A stretch of 30,925 nt of DNA from Acaryochloridaceae cyanobacterium VAR_48_metabat_390 (GTDB lineage: Bacteria; Cyanobacteriota; Cyanobacteriia; Thermosynechococcales; Thermosynechococcaceae): assembly GCA_031422435.1 (NCBI GenBank), contig JANPLU010000119.1:1-30925 (forward strand), read 5' to 3'. Positions 10,776 to 20,845 of the stretch are shown piece by piece. Position 1 is the stretch's first letter; every line of letters starts with the position of its first letter. The position numbers and the translations under genes were made by a program. The notes beneath the pieces were generated by a model. The model did no database searches. It was not told the DNA's origin and saw only the letters and a program-made list of their open reading frames with translations.

Positions 10776-11501
10776 CTATTCGGAGCGGTCATCAAACTGC
10801 TGACGGCGCTTTTGCTGACGACGACGGGGCTGAGCCTCACGCGCTGCTGGTGTTTGCTCGACGGCTCCAGGGATGATTTCGCCTTTAAAGACCCAAACCT
10901 TAACGCCCAAAATGCCGTAAACCGTGCTGGCAGTCTTGTAAGAATAATCAATATCCGCCCGCAGGGTATGCAGGGGTACTCGACCTTCTCTCGTCCATTC
11001 GCTTCTCGCAATTTCTGCGCCGTTTAAGCGACCCGCAACCTGAATTTTGATGCCTTCAATACCAGCTCTCTGAGCGCGCTGAATGGTCTGACGCACTACT
11101 CGACGGAATGAAACCCGTCGCTCAAGCTGCTGAGCAATATATTCGCCAATTAAAGCCGCTTCAGCATCTACTTTTGCAACTTCAACCACGTTGATGCGGA
11201 TGGGGCGATCGCCACCTAATTCCTTTTGAATCCCTAGACGAAGGGTTTCAATGCCGCTACCGCCACGCCCGACTACTACGCCTGGACGTGCGGTTCGCAG
11301 CTCAAGGTCAATCTGATCGGCCTTACGCTCAATCCGAATCCCTGCAATGCCAGCATTGCTGAGATTTTTGACCACATAACGGCGGATCTTGAAATCTTCT
11401 TTTAGAAGCTCAGGATATCGGTCTGAGTCTGCGTACCACCTAGAGCGATGCTCTTGGGTAATACCCAGACGAAACCCGGTTGGATGAATTTTCTGTCCCA
11501 C
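10776..11501 (-). CDS. rpsC: 30S ribosomal protein S3
   Basis: [42 protein letters not shown] start. Confidence 0.99.
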   Translation of the reverse strand: MGQKIHPTGFRLGITQEHRSRWYADSDRYPELLKEDFKIRRYVVKNLSNAGIAGIRIERKADQIDLELRTARPGVVVGRGGSGIETLRLGIQKELGGDRPIRINVVEVAKVDAEAALIGEYIAQQLERRVSFRRVVRQTIQRAQRAGIEGIKIQVAGRLNGAEIARSEWTREGRVPLHTLRADIDYSYKTASTVYGILGVKVWVFKGEIIPGAVEQTPAAREAQPRRRQQKRRQQFDDRSE

Positions 11502-11549
11502 AAGTGCGTCCTCTACAGATAAAAAGCGGTTTGCTCAACGTTCGTCAAT

Positions 11550-11921
11550 TTATGATGCATTAGCCATGCTGGGGCCAACGCCAATCGTAATGTGACAAGT
11601 TGGCTTCCGAATCTGAAACGCTCGTCCTTGCGCCCGAGGTCGGAATCGCCGCAGGCTAGGTCCCGCATCCGCATAAGCCAAGCTCACGACTAGCTCCGTC
11701 TTCTCAAATCCCTTGTTATGTTCGGCATTCGCAACCGCAGAACGCAAGACCTTTAGGATTGGATCGCAAGAGCGGTAGGGCATAAACTCTAGCAAAATGA
11801 GGGCGTCGCGGTAGCTTCGGCCTCTGATTTGATCCAGAACACGACGCACCTTACGGGGAGACATGCGGACAAACTTTGCAGTGGCGAAAGCGCCTTCTAA
11901 TTCTCGTAAATTTTTCGACAT
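11550..11921 (-). CDS. rplV: 50S ribosomal protein L22
   Basis: Start at ATG 11921 (MSKNLRE...), just after the rpsS stop; [24 protein letters not shown]. Confidence 0.98.
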   Translation of the reverse strand: MSKNLRELEGAFATAKFVRMSPRKVRRVLDQIRGRSYRDALILLEFMPYRSCDPILKVLRSAVANAEHNKGFEKTELVVSLAYADAGPSLRRFRPRAQGRAFQIRKPTCHITIGVGPSMANAS

Positions 11922-11934
11922 TTCTTTTTCTGCC

Positions 11935-12213
11935 CTACATCCGAGCCTTTTTATCACCCTTCGCATGACTTCTAAAAGTCCGCGTCGGGGCAAATTCACC
12001 AAGTTTATGACCCACCATCTGTTCGGACACATAGACCGGAACATGCTGACGACCGTTGTGGACAGCGATAGTATGACCAATCATGTCAGGAATAATAGTG
12101 GAAGCGCGAGACCAGGTTTTGATGACCTGCTTGTCGTTTTTTGCATTAAGGGCTTCAACCTTACGCAGTAGGTGGTCGGCCACAAAAGGACCTTTTTTAA
12201 GAGAGCGACCCAT
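11935..12213 (-). CDS. rpsS: 30S ribosomal protein S19
   Basis: [31 protein letters not shown]. Confidence 0.99.
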   Translation of the reverse strand: MGRSLKKGPFVADHLLRKVEALNAKNDKQVIKTWSRASTIIPDMIGHTIAVHNGRQHVPVYVSEQMVGHKLGEFAPTRTFRSHAKGDKKARM

Positions 12214-12296
12214 AGTTCGTTAACTGAAACAACACGATGAGAATGGGAAAAATTAGGGAGAAAGCTAGCTGGCGTAAAATCCAGCCCAAAAATCCG

Positions 12297-13160
12297 TTAG
12301 GATGCACGCCCACCACGACCGCGCTTGGAAGAACTGCGACGGCGACGCACAATCAGGGCGCTGCTTTGCTTTTTCTTCTTGCGAGTCTTGTAGCCCAAGG
12401 TTGGTTTACCCCAAGGTGTAACAGGGCCGCTGCGACCGATTGGCGCACGACCTTCACCACCACCATGCGGGTGATCCACGGGGTTCATGACGGAACCGCG
12501 AACCTTAGGACGCTTCGCCTTCCAGCGATTCCGTCCGGCTTTCCCAATGCTGATGTTGTTGGATTCAACGTTACCCACTTGTCCAAGGGTGGCATAGCAT
12601 TCTTTACGGAACAGCCGCACTTCCCCAGAAGGAAGCTTGAGCGTGACCATTTTGCCTTCTTTTGCCACAACCTGCGCCATTGCGCCAGCCGCTCGCACAA
12701 TTTGACCACCCTTGCCTGGGGTCAGCTCCACGTTGTGAACTTCGGTTCCCAAGGGAATCTTCTCTAAAGGCAAGGCATTGCCGACTTCAATCGCAGAGTC
12801 GGGTCCTGACATGATGACGGTACCAACCTGCAAATTACGGGGATGCAGGATGTAGCGTTTTTCACCGTCTTGATAATGCACGAGAGAGATCCGAGCATTA
12901 CGGTTAGGGTCATACTCAACGGAGACAACCTTGCCAGGAATGCCGTGCTTCTCACGGTAAAAGTCAATTAAACGGTAGAGGCGTTTGTGACCTCCACCCC
13001 GACGGCGACTGGTAATGACGCCTCGATTGTTGCGTCCTTTATGGCGGTGACTGGAGTACACCAGAGACTTTTCGGGAGTATCTGTGGTGATCTCGGCGAA
13101 GTCAGAAACGGTTCTTTGCCGGGAACCTGGAGTAAGCGGTCGATAGTGACGAATGCCCAT
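12297..13160 (-). CDS. rplB: 50S ribosomal protein L2
   Basis: [27 protein letters not shown]. Confidence 0.99.
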   Translation of the reverse strand: MGIRHYRPLTPGSRQRTVSDFAEITTDTPEKSLVYSSHRHKGRNNRGVITSRRRGGGHKRLYRLIDFYREKHGIPGKVVSVEYDPNRNARISLVHYQDGEKRYILHPRNLQVGTVIMSGPDSAIEVGNALPLEKIPLGTEVHNVELTPGKGGQIVRAAGAMAQVVAKEGKMVTLKLPSGEVRLFRKECYATLGQVGNVESNNISIGKAGRNRWKAKRPKVRGSVMNPVDHPHGGGEGRAPIGRSGPVTPWGKPTLGYKTRKKKKQSSALIVRRRRSSSKRGRGGRAS

Positions 13161-13216
13161 TGCTAAAACACTCTAGCCTTTAATACTGCTGCGTTCTTCT
13201 ACTGAAATTGGGGAGA

Positions 13217-13519
13217 CTATACGTCTGGGAATAGCGTGATGGTGTCGCCAGGGGCAAGGGTCACAACTGCTCTTTTGTACTGAGATCGAAACCCTGCAAA
13301 CTTACCGACTCGGCGCTTTTTGCGCGGTGGGTTTTGAGTGCTAATGCCCGTTACCTTGACGTTAAACAACTCTTCAATCGCTGCTCGGATTTGAGGCTTG
13401 TCAGCACGGGGATCGACTTCAAAGGTGTACTGGTTATTTTCCAGCAGCATGGTTGCTTTTTCTGTGACCAGAGGTCGACGAATAATGTCCGCTAATGCGG
13501 TCGGAATAAGCTTACTCAC
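13217..13519 (-). CDS. rplW: 50S ribosomal protein L23
   Basis: [36 protein letters not shown] start overlapping the rplD end. Confidence 0.98.
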   Translation of the reverse strand: MSKLIPTALADIIRRPLVTEKATMLLENNQYTFEVDPRADKPQIRAAIEELFNVKVTGISTQNPPRKKRRVGKFAGFRSQYKRAVVTLAPGDTITLFPDV

Positions 13520-14144
13520 CGAAGACCTCCTGAATTTTTGCGATCGCAGATTCGGTCACAAGCACACGATCCGCCGCGAGAATATCGAACACGTTGAGAT
13601 TGTTCGCCAAAATCAGCTTTACCGTGGCGATGTTGCGCGCCGACCGATAGACCGTTTCGTCCTTTTGACCCACAATCAGCAGAACCTTCGCTTGAGGGTC
13701 AATGCCCCAGCGCACCATTGCTGCCAGCAATTCCTTCGTTTTAGGCTGAGGTAATTGAGCAGCAAAATCAGCGACTACGATCAGATCTTCAGCTCGGCTA
13801 AGCAGCGCAGTGGTTAAAGCCAAGCGACGCTCTTTCTTGTTCATTTTGATCGTGTAGTCTCTTGGCTTAGGGCCAAAAGACACACCGCCGCCTCGCCATA
13901 GCGGAGAACGAATTGATCCGGCACGGGCGCGACCTGTGCCCTTTTGTCGCCAAGGCTTGCGACCGCCACCTCTAACCTCGGCTCGTGTCTTCGTTGAGGC
14001 AGTCCCTTGACGGACGTTAGCCAACTGACGAATTAGAGCGCGGTGAACAATATGAGGTGCATTTTCTTCGTTAGCAGTCTTCAGGTCAAAAGAGGCTTGA
14101 CCTGATTCTGCTCCTTGCCAGTCTCGAACTACACAGTTAACCAT
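13512..14144 (-). CDS. rplD: 50S ribosomal protein L4
   Basis: [33 protein letters not shown]. Confidence 0.99.
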   Translation of the reverse strand: MVNCVVRDWQGAESGQASFDLKTANEENAPHIVHRALIRQLANVRQGTASTKTRAEVRGGGRKPWRQKGTGRARAGSIRSPLWRGGGVSFGPKPRDYTIKMNKKERRLALTTALLSRAEDLIVVADFAAQLPQPKTKELLAAMVRWGIDPQAKVLLIVGQKDETVYRSARNIATVKLILANNLNVFDILAADRVLVTESAIAKIQEVFGE

Positions 14145-14199
14145 TCTCGTCTCTCTGCAAACTTGATAAAGCGTTTAGCGCCACGGGACGCAGTTAGAT

Positions 14200-14838
14200 T
14201 TAGTTCTGACCAACAATGGTTGCCGGACGAATGTTGAGAAGCGCACCGGATTTGCCAGGGAGCGCACCCTTAATGATGAGGAGATTTCGCTCTGCATCTA
14301 CTCTAATCACTTCCAATTTTCGGATCGTCACCTGCTTACCACCCAGACGACCCGCCATCCGCTTACCAGGGAAGACACGACCAGGAGTTGTACCCGCACC
14401 CGTAGAACCAGGCAACCTGTGGTTCTTAGAACCGTGAGCCATAGGCCCTCGCGCAAAGTTGTGGCGCTTTTGATAGCCAGCGAAACCGCGACCTGTACTA
14501 TCACCCGTCACGTCAATCACTTGACCGACTTCAAATTGGTCAACGGAAAGCACTTGACCCAGCTCGTAGCTGCTCACATCATCTAGGCGATACTCTTTCA
14601 GGTGCCGCAGAGGTGCAGAATCAGACTTTTTCAAGTGACCGAGTTCTGGCTGATTGAGCGATTTTTCTCTTGTTTGGCCGTAGCCCAATTGAATGGCGTT
14701 ATAGCCATCGGTTTGAGTGGTCTTAACTTGAGTCACAGGGCAAGGACCAGCCTGCACAACGGTGACGGGGATTGAGCGTCCCTTCTCGTCAAAAATCTGG
14801 GTCATGCCCAGTTTTGTTCCTAAAATACCAACAGACAC
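14200..14838 (-). CDS. rplC: 50S ribosomal protein L3
   Basis: [43 protein letters not shown] start; first gene of the cluster. Confidence 0.99.
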   Translation of the reverse strand: MSVGILGTKLGMTQIFDEKGRSIPVTVVQAGPCPVTQVKTTQTDGYNAIQLGYGQTREKSLNQPELGHLKKSDSAPLRHLKEYRLDDVSSYELGQVLSVDQFEVGQVIDVTGDSTGRGFAGYQKRHNFARGPMAHGSKNHRLPGSTGAGTTPGRVFPGKRMAGRLGGKQVTIRKLEVIRVDAERNLLIIKGALPGKSGALLNIRPATIVGQN

Positions 14839-15278
14839 AGTAGAGTTTCTCCCTTCACGATGTATCGGGAGAGCCGATGAGCTTATTGTCCCTAAACTCG
14901 ATTTCGACTCACCTCAGAGAGTTGCACATTCGGACGAGAGCATCGTTCCCCTAAGATTTTTAGAGAAAAGACAGAAGATGATCGTCTTCTTATTAGGCTA
15001 ATCACTGCATAAAGCCCAGAAAGCTAAAGTCAGGCGCTGAACCATGCCTAATGTGTGCCAGGACTTGAACAGGTTATATTTGCTCAGTATCCTATTTTGG
15101 CAGCAGTTAACCATAATAAATTAAATCTGTAGTTCTGTCTATAGCGAACTTTATATACTCGGAAAGCCTGCCAGTCGGTCTAGGTTTAGTGCAAAACTGA
15201 AGGGAATCTATTGAGGACACGGCTTCGCTTTGCGAACCTGCTGGCTTTTTTGACGCTTATATTTAGAACCGATAAACC

Positions 15279-16769
15279 ATGACTGATATCACAATAAATG
15301 TGCTTCTCTTGGCTGCTGTTGCCATCTTAGGGTGGGGACTGTATCGCGCTTGGCCCTTGGGAAAACTTGGCATTTTGGCGTGGTCACAATCTTTTACCCT
15401 AATGGCTCCCTGGCTGATTGTATTTGGGCTGATCAGCGCAGGCGTTGCTGTGAATTTAGCCAGCATTTTGTTTTTGCTAGTGAGTTCTGTCATTCTCTAC
15501 ATATTTTTGGGTCGGCAACTGCGGACGATGGCGCTGCAAAATCCGCCGAGCAAACCGCCTGTGGCTGAGTCTAATGCAGAAAATGAATTGCTGAAGACGG
15601 AAAATACTCCGGTTAGCTCTACGCCCCTAGCGTCTGATTCGGATGCGGCAGAACCCCCTCCGATCCCGTCAGAAGACTTACAGGCGCTCAAGGGCATTTT
15701 TGGAATTGACACCTTTTTTGCAACAGAAACGATTCCCTACCAAGATGGGGTCATTTTTAAGGGGAACCTGCGGGGAGAACCCGATAATGTCTGGGCACAG
15801 CTTAACCAGAAGTTGGAGAAGGTTTTGGGCGATCGCTACCGACTTTTTCTGGTGCAAAACCCAAACGAAAGACCTGTCACCATCATTTTGCCAAGCCGCA
15901 ATGACCCTAAACCCAGCACCACACCGCAAAAGATCTTGTCCGTGGGGTTATTGCTAGGCACCTTAGTAACTTGCTGTGCTACGGCTGGTGTTTTACTTCA
16001 GTTTGATTTATTTGAGCATTTTGAGCGGTTTTCAGAAACGCTCCCCATTGGCATCGGGTTATTTAGCGTTTTAGTCGTGCATGAAGTTGGGCATCAGGTG
16101 ATGGCGCGCCACCATCAGGTCAAGCTCAGTTGGCCTTTCTTTTTGCCTGCCCTTCAGCTTGGCTCTTTTGGTGCACTCAATCGCTTTGAGTCTTTATTTC
16201 CAAACCGTAAAGTGCTGTTTGATGTGGCCTTTGCAGGGCCAGCAGCGGGGGGAATATATTCCCTGGTGCTTTTGATAGCGGGGTTCATTTTCTCAAGCCC
16301 TAACAGCCTCTTTAAGATTCCATCCTTGTTTTTCCAAGGCTCTATTTTGGTCGGAACTTTAGCCCGCGTTGTGCTAGGGGATGCCCTACACGAAAATATT
16401 GTAGGGGTTAGCCCACTAATGGTGGTTGGCTGGATTGGATTAGTGATTACGGCAATCAACCTAATGCCTGCGGGTCAGCTTGATGGAGGCCGAGCCGTCC
16501 AGGCTATCTACGGTCGTCGAACCGCAGGTCGAACCACGTTTGTAACGCTGATTTTTTTGGGAATTGCATCGCTCGTCAATTCCTTGGCGCTTTACTGGGC
16601 TGCCATTATCCTAATTTTACAGCGAGATTTGGAGCGTCCTAGCCAAAATGAACTATCTGAACCCGATGATGCCCGAGCAGGGCTACTGCTTGTAGCGCTG
16701 TTTCTAATGGTTACGGTTCTGATTCCACTAACGCCCAGCTTAGCAGGACGATTAGGCATCGGCATGTAG
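15279..16769 (+). CDS. Site-2 protease family (peptidase M50) intramembrane zinc metalloprotease, EGY-like
   Basis: HEVGH (HExxH) motif, FAGPAAG, NLMPAGQLDGG (NxxPxxxLDG); many TM helices; soluble FGIDTFFATE...FKGNLRG region typical of cyanobacterial/plastid EGY-like members. Confidence 0.92.
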   Translation: MTDITINVLLLAAVAILGWGLYRAWPLGKLGILAWSQSFTLMAPWLIVFGLISAGVAVNLASILFLLVSSVILYIFLGRQLRTMALQNPPSKPPVAESNAENELLKTENTPVSSTPLASDSDAAEPPPIPSEDLQALKGIFGIDTFFATETIPYQDGVIFKGNLRGEPDNVWAQLNQKLEKVLGDRYRLFLVQNPNERPVTIILPSRNDPKPSTTPQKILSVGLLLGTLVTCCATAGVLLQFDLFEHFERFSETLPIGIGLFSVLVVHEVGHQVMARHHQVKLSWPFFLPALQLGSFGALNRFESLFPNRKVLFDVAFAGPAAGGIYSLVLLIAGFIFSSPNSLFKIPSLFFQGSILVGTLARVVLGDALHENIVGVSPLMVVGWIGLVITAINLMPAGQLDGGRAVQAIYGRRTAGRTTFVTLIFLGIASLVNSLALYWAAIILILQRDLERPSQNELSEPDDARAGLLLVALFLMVTVLIPLTPSLAGRLGIGM

Positions 16770-16896
16770 GATTCAGCATAGAGTTACATCCTTGCACAAG
16801 GGCGCAGAATTGATTCAGTACATCGACTTTTGCCAAGTCCTTGATGCACAATATTTCTAAAATTAAGATGTCTATCCAACGAAGGCGCAACACCCA

Positions 16897-17286
16897 ATGA
16901 GTTTTGAATACCCTGAAGACCTGCGTTATCTGGACTCCCATGAGTATGTGCGCATAAACGGAGATATTGCGACCATTGGCCTATCAGCCTTTGCTATTGA
17001 GCAGCTTGGAGACATCGTTTTTGTGGAGCTGCCGGATGCAGGAGATGCCTTAACCCAAGGTGAAACCTTTGGCTCTGTGGAATCGGTCAAGGCTGTGGAA
17101 GACCTCTACGCTCCTGTGACAGGCATTGTGGTCGAAAGCAACGCGCTTGTGATGGAATCACCTGAACAACTGGCAGTAGACTCCTATGAATTGGGGTGGC
17201 TGCTCAAGGTTAAGCTGAACGGAGAACCGGATCTTTCTGCAATGATGTCTGCAGGAGAATACCGCGATCGCGTTGAAGGGCAGTAG
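16897..17286 (+). CDS. gcvH: Glycine cleavage system H protein
   Basis: YLDSHEY, QLGDIVFVELP, lipoyl-lysine motif VESVKAV, GWLLKV. Confidence 0.97.
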   Translation: MSFEYPEDLRYLDSHEYVRINGDIATIGLSAFAIEQLGDIVFVELPDAGDALTQGETFGSVESVKAVEDLYAPVTGIVVESNALVMESPEQLAVDSYELGWLLKVKLNGEPDLSAMMSAGEYRDRVEGQ

Positions 17287-17425
17287 CATCAAAAGCGACA
17301 TCAGGATGAATGCTCCAAATTCATAAAATCCTTAGAAAAATTTATAAAACGTTAGTAAATGAAAGCCCTAAAGCCCTGAAAACGGTATCTGAGCCTACAG
17401 GACTGTATCGAAAGGTTAATAGAAG

Positions 17426-17454
17426 TTGAAATTTAGTGCTACAAAAGATATCAT
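17426..17454 (+). promoter_or_regulatory. Putative sigma70-type promoter of the DUF3155-like gene
   Basis: TTGAAA (17426-17431), 17-nt spacer, TATCAT (17449-17454); AGGAGG RBS at 17498-17503. Confidence 0.5.
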
Positions 17455-17511
17455 CGCGTCGAGTTTGGTAACGATCACTACACTTGATTGCCATAGAAGG
17501 AGGTACGGGGT

Positions 17512-17811
17512 TTGGCAAGAAGACGGAAGCGCAAAAGTCGTCGTCGTCAAGAAGGGCGACGAATCTTAGAATGTGTTCCTCAGTACAGTATTGAAAGTGG
17601 CGAAGATAAGCCTGTAACTGCTGCCCGCAAGTTCATCCAGTTACAAGGCATTGCGCCACCTGCGCTTCTTTTAGTGAAACGCAACGAACATACTACTGAT
17701 CGGTACTTTTGGGCCGAGAAGGGGTTGTTTGGCGCCCAGTATGTCGAAGAGAATCATTTTCTTTTCCCCAGCCTGCGCACAGAAGAAGAGATGCCTTTGG
17801 CTCGGGTATAG
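17512..17811 (+). CDS. Conserved cyanobacterial small basic protein (DUF3155-like)
   Basis: TTG start with AGGAGG RBS; MARRRKRKSRRRQEGRRILE...KPVTAARKFI...HTTDRYFWAEKGLFGAQY. Family recognised from memory. Confidence 0.85.
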   Translation: MARRRKRKSRRRQEGRRILECVPQYSIESGEDKPVTAARKFIQLQGIAPPALLLVKRNEHTTDRYFWAEKGLFGAQYVEENHFLFPSLRTEEEMPLARV

Positions 17812-17874
17812 CATCCTGCTGTCGCCAAGGGTTTTATCTGACTGAGTAAAAGTCTGTTTTAAAGTTTGAAATGC

Positions 17875-17928
17875 TTCCAGAATAGAAACTTGTACAACAT
17901 TACAGGTTTCTATTCTGGAATTTTTTTT
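17875..17928 (+). terminator. Rho-independent terminator after the DUF3155-like gene
   Basis: 20-bp arms TTCCAGAATAGAAACTTGTA and TACAGGTTTCTATTCTGGAA (one G-U pair), 6-nt loop, then T8. Confidence 0.8.
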
Positions 17929-18065
17929 GCCGTTTAATTGGCGATTAAAACTTCCTTTGATTTTGGGCAGAGGTGACTACACTAGAATGGAGATGCTTAG
18001 GCATAATCTCAATCCTCGATTGTGGTTAGACGTTCAGATATAAAACGTTTAGATAAAGGTGATGT

Positions 18066-18308
18066 ATGGCTGCAATTCTTGAATTAACCCATGAGAATAT
18101 TGAAACGGTTTTGGATGAACTGCGTCCCTACCTAATGGCGGATGGTGGCAACGTAGAACTGGTAGAAGTAGAGGGTCCCGTAGTGCGGGTGCGGCTTCAG
18201 GGTGCATGTGGCTCTTGCCCTAGCTCAACGATGACGCTAAAGATGGGCATTGAACGAAAGCTCAAGGACAGCATTCCTGAAATTTCTGAGGTTGAGCAGG
18301 TTCTTTAA
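18066..18308 (+). CDS. nfuA: NifU-like (Nfu) Fe-S cluster scaffold/carrier protein
   Basis: [39 protein letters not shown] (CxxC). Confidence 0.95.
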   Translation: MAAILELTHENIETVLDELRPYLMADGGNVELVEVEGPVVRVRLQGACGSCPSSTMTLKMGIERKLKDSIPEISEVEQVL

Positions 18309-18317
18309 CTGTGGGAG

Positions 18318-18344
18318 TTAGGGCTGTCATAAATGCAGCCCTAA
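18318..18344. terminator. Hairpin between convergent nfuA and the YnbB-like gene
   Basis: TTAGGGCTG, 9-nt loop, CAGCCCTAA: perfect 9-bp inverted repeat between two stop codons. Confidence 0.6.
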
Positions 18345-18345
18345 T

Positions 18346-19578
18346 TTAAGGTGAGCCAATCGTTTCTAGGGCGGCTTCTAAGGCGATCGCCACATGAGTC
18401 CAGTGGGTGCCGCCCTGACAAAATGCGATGTATGGCTCTCGTAGGGGACCATCGGCAGAAAACTCCGAGGTGCTGCCGTCAATAAACGTGCCCCCTGCCA
18501 TAACTAGCTCACTTTCATATCCAGGCATCTCCCCAGGCACCGGATCGAGATACGCCCCCACGGGAGAATTTTGCTGAATAGCCCTACAAAATGCCTTGAG
18601 TTTTTCAGGAGAACCTAGCTTAATCGCCTGAATTACATCCCGACGCGGCGCTTCAGGCAAAGGATTAACCGGATAGCCGAGCTGTTGAAAGACCAGCGCC
18701 GTCAGATGATTCCCTTTCATGGCCTCACCCACCATCTGGGGGGCTAAAAATAATCCTTGGAATAGCAGACGATGCTGATCGAAGGTTGCACCGCCGTGAC
18801 TCCCAATTCCAGGGCTGGTGAGGCGATTGCAGGCCGCTTCGACTAAATCTGCACGCCCCGCAACATAGCCGCCTGCTGTGGCAATTGTACCGCCAGGATT
18901 TTTAATCAGGGAACCCGCTATCAAGTCTGCACCCACGGCGGTTGGTTCTTGGGTTTCTACAAATTCGCCGTAGCAGTTGTCTACAAAACAGATTGTATTG
19001 GGGTTTTGCGCTTTAACGAGAGAAACAATTTTTTTAATGTCTTGAATGTTGAGGCTAGGTCGCCAAGCATAGCCGCAGGAGCGCTGAATATGAACCAGGC
19101 GCGTGTGAGGTTGAACAGATTGCGCTAGAGCATTCCAGTCCATCAGCCCTTCAGATGTTAGCTCAAGCTGACGATAGTGAATGCCAAAGTCGATGAGAGA
19201 GCCTTGGCCTTGCCCGCGCAGCCCAATGACTTCTTCGAGGGTGTCGTAGGGTGCGCCTGCGACTGCCAGCATTTCGTCACCAGGGCGCAGCACGCCAAAG
19301 AGGGCACAGGCGATCGCATGGGTGCCTGAAACAAACTGAACCCGCACTGCGGCGGCCTCCGCACCCATAATTTCGGCAAAAACCTGGTCTAGTACCTGAC
19401 GGCCTAGGTCATCATGTCCGTAGCCTGAGACGCTGGCAAAGTGGTGAGAGCCGACCCGATGATGGCGGAAAACCCTCAAAACTTGGCGTAAGTTTTCCTT
19501 GACTTGAGCGTCAATCTTAGAAAAAATAGGAGTGAGTATATTTTCTGCGGACTGTAGCTGCGCACTCGCGTTTGACAT
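18346..19578 (-). CDS. PLP-dependent methionine gamma-lyase / aluminium-resistance (YnbB-like) family protein
   Basis: GYGHDDLGR, FVSGTHAI, QRSCGY, FVDNCYGEF, PLP lysine GSLIKNPGG, MAGGTFIDGSTSEFSADGP. Start 19578 preferred (alternative 19587). Confidence 0.92.
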   Translation of the reverse strand: MSNASAQLQSAENILTPIFSKIDAQVKENLRQVLRVFRHHRVGSHHFASVSGYGHDDLGRQVLDQVFAEIMGAEAAAVRVQFVSGTHAIACALFGVLRPGDEMLAVAGAPYDTLEEVIGLRGQGQGSLIDFGIHYRQLELTSEGLMDWNALAQSVQPHTRLVHIQRSCGYAWRPSLNIQDIKKIVSLVKAQNPNTICFVDNCYGEFVETQEPTAVGADLIAGSLIKNPGGTIATAGGYVAGRADLVEAACNRLTSPGIGSHGGATFDQHRLLFQGLFLAPQMVGEAMKGNHLTALVFQQLGYPVNPLPEAPRRDVIQAIKLGSPEKLKAFCRAIQQNSPVGAYLDPVPGEMPGYESELVMAGGTFIDGSTSEFSADGPLREPYIAFCQGGTHWTHVAIALEAALETIGSP

Positions 19579-19791
19579 GTGAATCATTAAGCAGAAATGT
19601 TAATTTGGTTTACAAATGTTAATATGCGTGAAAATAGTCTGAGCTAAATCCAAAAGCTGCCCTTACCTATTGCAGACAGTGAGGCTTAAGTAGCCTTAGT
19701 TGTCGTTGTTTGTACATCGAGCCTAAAGGCTAGAGGTTAAGGCTACCGCAGATGAAGCTCACCCTGTCAACTTTTACTGAAAGGTCTCTGG

Positions 19792-20616
19792 ATGACTGCT
19801 GCAACAACCTCTACAAAACCGCCAATTTCTTGGCCTGTCGTTCTTTTTATGGCAGCGATTCACATTGGCGCTCTATTCGCGCTGCTGCCGGGCAATTTTA
19901 GCTGGAATGCCGTTGGGCTAATGCTAGTGCTGCACTGGATTACGGGCGGATTAGGCATCACGCTAGGCTGGCACCGCTTACTCAGCCACCGTAGCTTTGT
20001 AACCCCTAAGTGGCTAGAGTATTTCTTTGCTTTTTGCGGGGCTTTGGCCTGCGAGGGCGGAATTATTGAATGGGTTGGCCTGCATCGCAACCATCATGTT
20101 TACTCAGATCAAGAAAAGGATCAGCACAATTCAAACTTTGGCTTTTGGTGGAGCCACATGGGCTGGATGCTGCGGGACGTAGCCGCGAAAAAAGACGTTC
20201 AGAAGCTTACTAAAGATATTAACCAAGATCCGTTCTATCGTTTTTTAGACACTTACTTTTTACCTATCCAGATCGCATTTGGCTTAGTGCTCTATGCATT
20301 TGGCGGCTGGTCGTTTGTGGTTTGGGGTATCTTTATGCGTCTGGTGCTGGTGTATCACTGCACTTGGTTTGTAAACAGCGCCACCCATAAGTTTGGCTAC
20401 CGCACCCACGAGTCGGGTGACATGTCTACTAACTGCTGGTGGGTTGCTCTTTTGACCTATGGAGAAGGCTGGCACAACAATCACCATGCGTTTCCTCACT
20501 CTGCCCGTCACGGTTTGCAGTGGTGGGAGATTGACACAACGTGGATGATGATTTCTCTCCTCAAGGGCTTACGCTTAGCGACAAAGGTACGGCTTGCGGA
20601 GATTCGCCCAGTGTAG
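19792..20616 (+). CDS. desC: Delta-9 acyl-lipid desaturase
   Basis: His boxes HRLLSH, HRNHH and GEGWHNNHH; GFWWSHMGW; TWFVNSATH. Confidence 0.93.
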   Translation: MTAATTSTKPPISWPVVLFMAAIHIGALFALLPGNFSWNAVGLMLVLHWITGGLGITLGWHRLLSHRSFVTPKWLEYFFAFCGALACEGGIIEWVGLHRNHHVYSDQEKDQHNSNFGFWWSHMGWMLRDVAAKKDVQKLTKDINQDPFYRFLDTYFLPIQIAFGLVLYAFGGWSFVVWGIFMRLVLVYHCTWFVNSATHKFGYRTHESGDMSTNCWWVALLTYGEGWHNNHHAFPHSARHGLQWWEIDTTWMMISLLKGLRLATKVRLAEIRPV

Positions 20617-20660
20617 ATTTGACTGCGCGATGACAAGTTGAAACTTTAATTCTGCTTTCT

Positions 20661-20734
20661 AAGCTTTTAGACCTTTTTTGTCCTCTGCTCGCCTCCTGCG
20701 CTTAGCATGACATCAAGGGTCTAGAAGCTTTTTT
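20661..20734 (+). terminator. Long hairpin plus U-tract downstream of desC
   Basis: AAGCTTTTAGACCTTTTTTGTC (20661-20682) pairs with GACATCAAGGGTCTAGAAGCTT (20709-20730), with two G-U pairs and a 2-nt mismatch; a T run follows. Confidence 0.6.
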
Positions 20735-20845
20735 AATGAGGGTAAAGCTTTCATCACTGCCGCAATAAAGGTCTTTTGCCATGCTCACCAAGACGAAAGG
20801 TTAGCGCTATCGTGGTAGCTGAGGTATTGCCTTTTGCTTCTCACT

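Noticed and set aside
11922..12080. N-terminal extension of L22 in the ORF track
   Set aside because: It overlaps rpsS out of frame; ATG 11921 gives a normal-length L22.
710..14437. Numerous + strand ORFs across the ribosomal cluster (e.g. 837-1373, 7241-7783, 9333-9992, 12237-12767)
   Set aside because: Antisense shadows of conserved genes, with no motifs or RBS support.
2423..14838. Absence of rpsD, rpmD, rpsN and rpsJ from the cluster
   Set aside because: Normal cyanobacterial organisation, not a deletion.
17892..17903. GTA...TAC as an NtcA site
   Set aside because: Spacing is N6, and it is the apex of the terminator hairpin.
19596..19626. AATGTTAA repeats and TTTACAAA upstream of desC as an RpaB HLR1 site
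   Set aside because: Spacing and half-site matches are too imperfect to call without a matrix search.
20735..20845. LexA box upstream of uvrB
   Set aside because: No RGTAC-N3-DGTWC match is visible.
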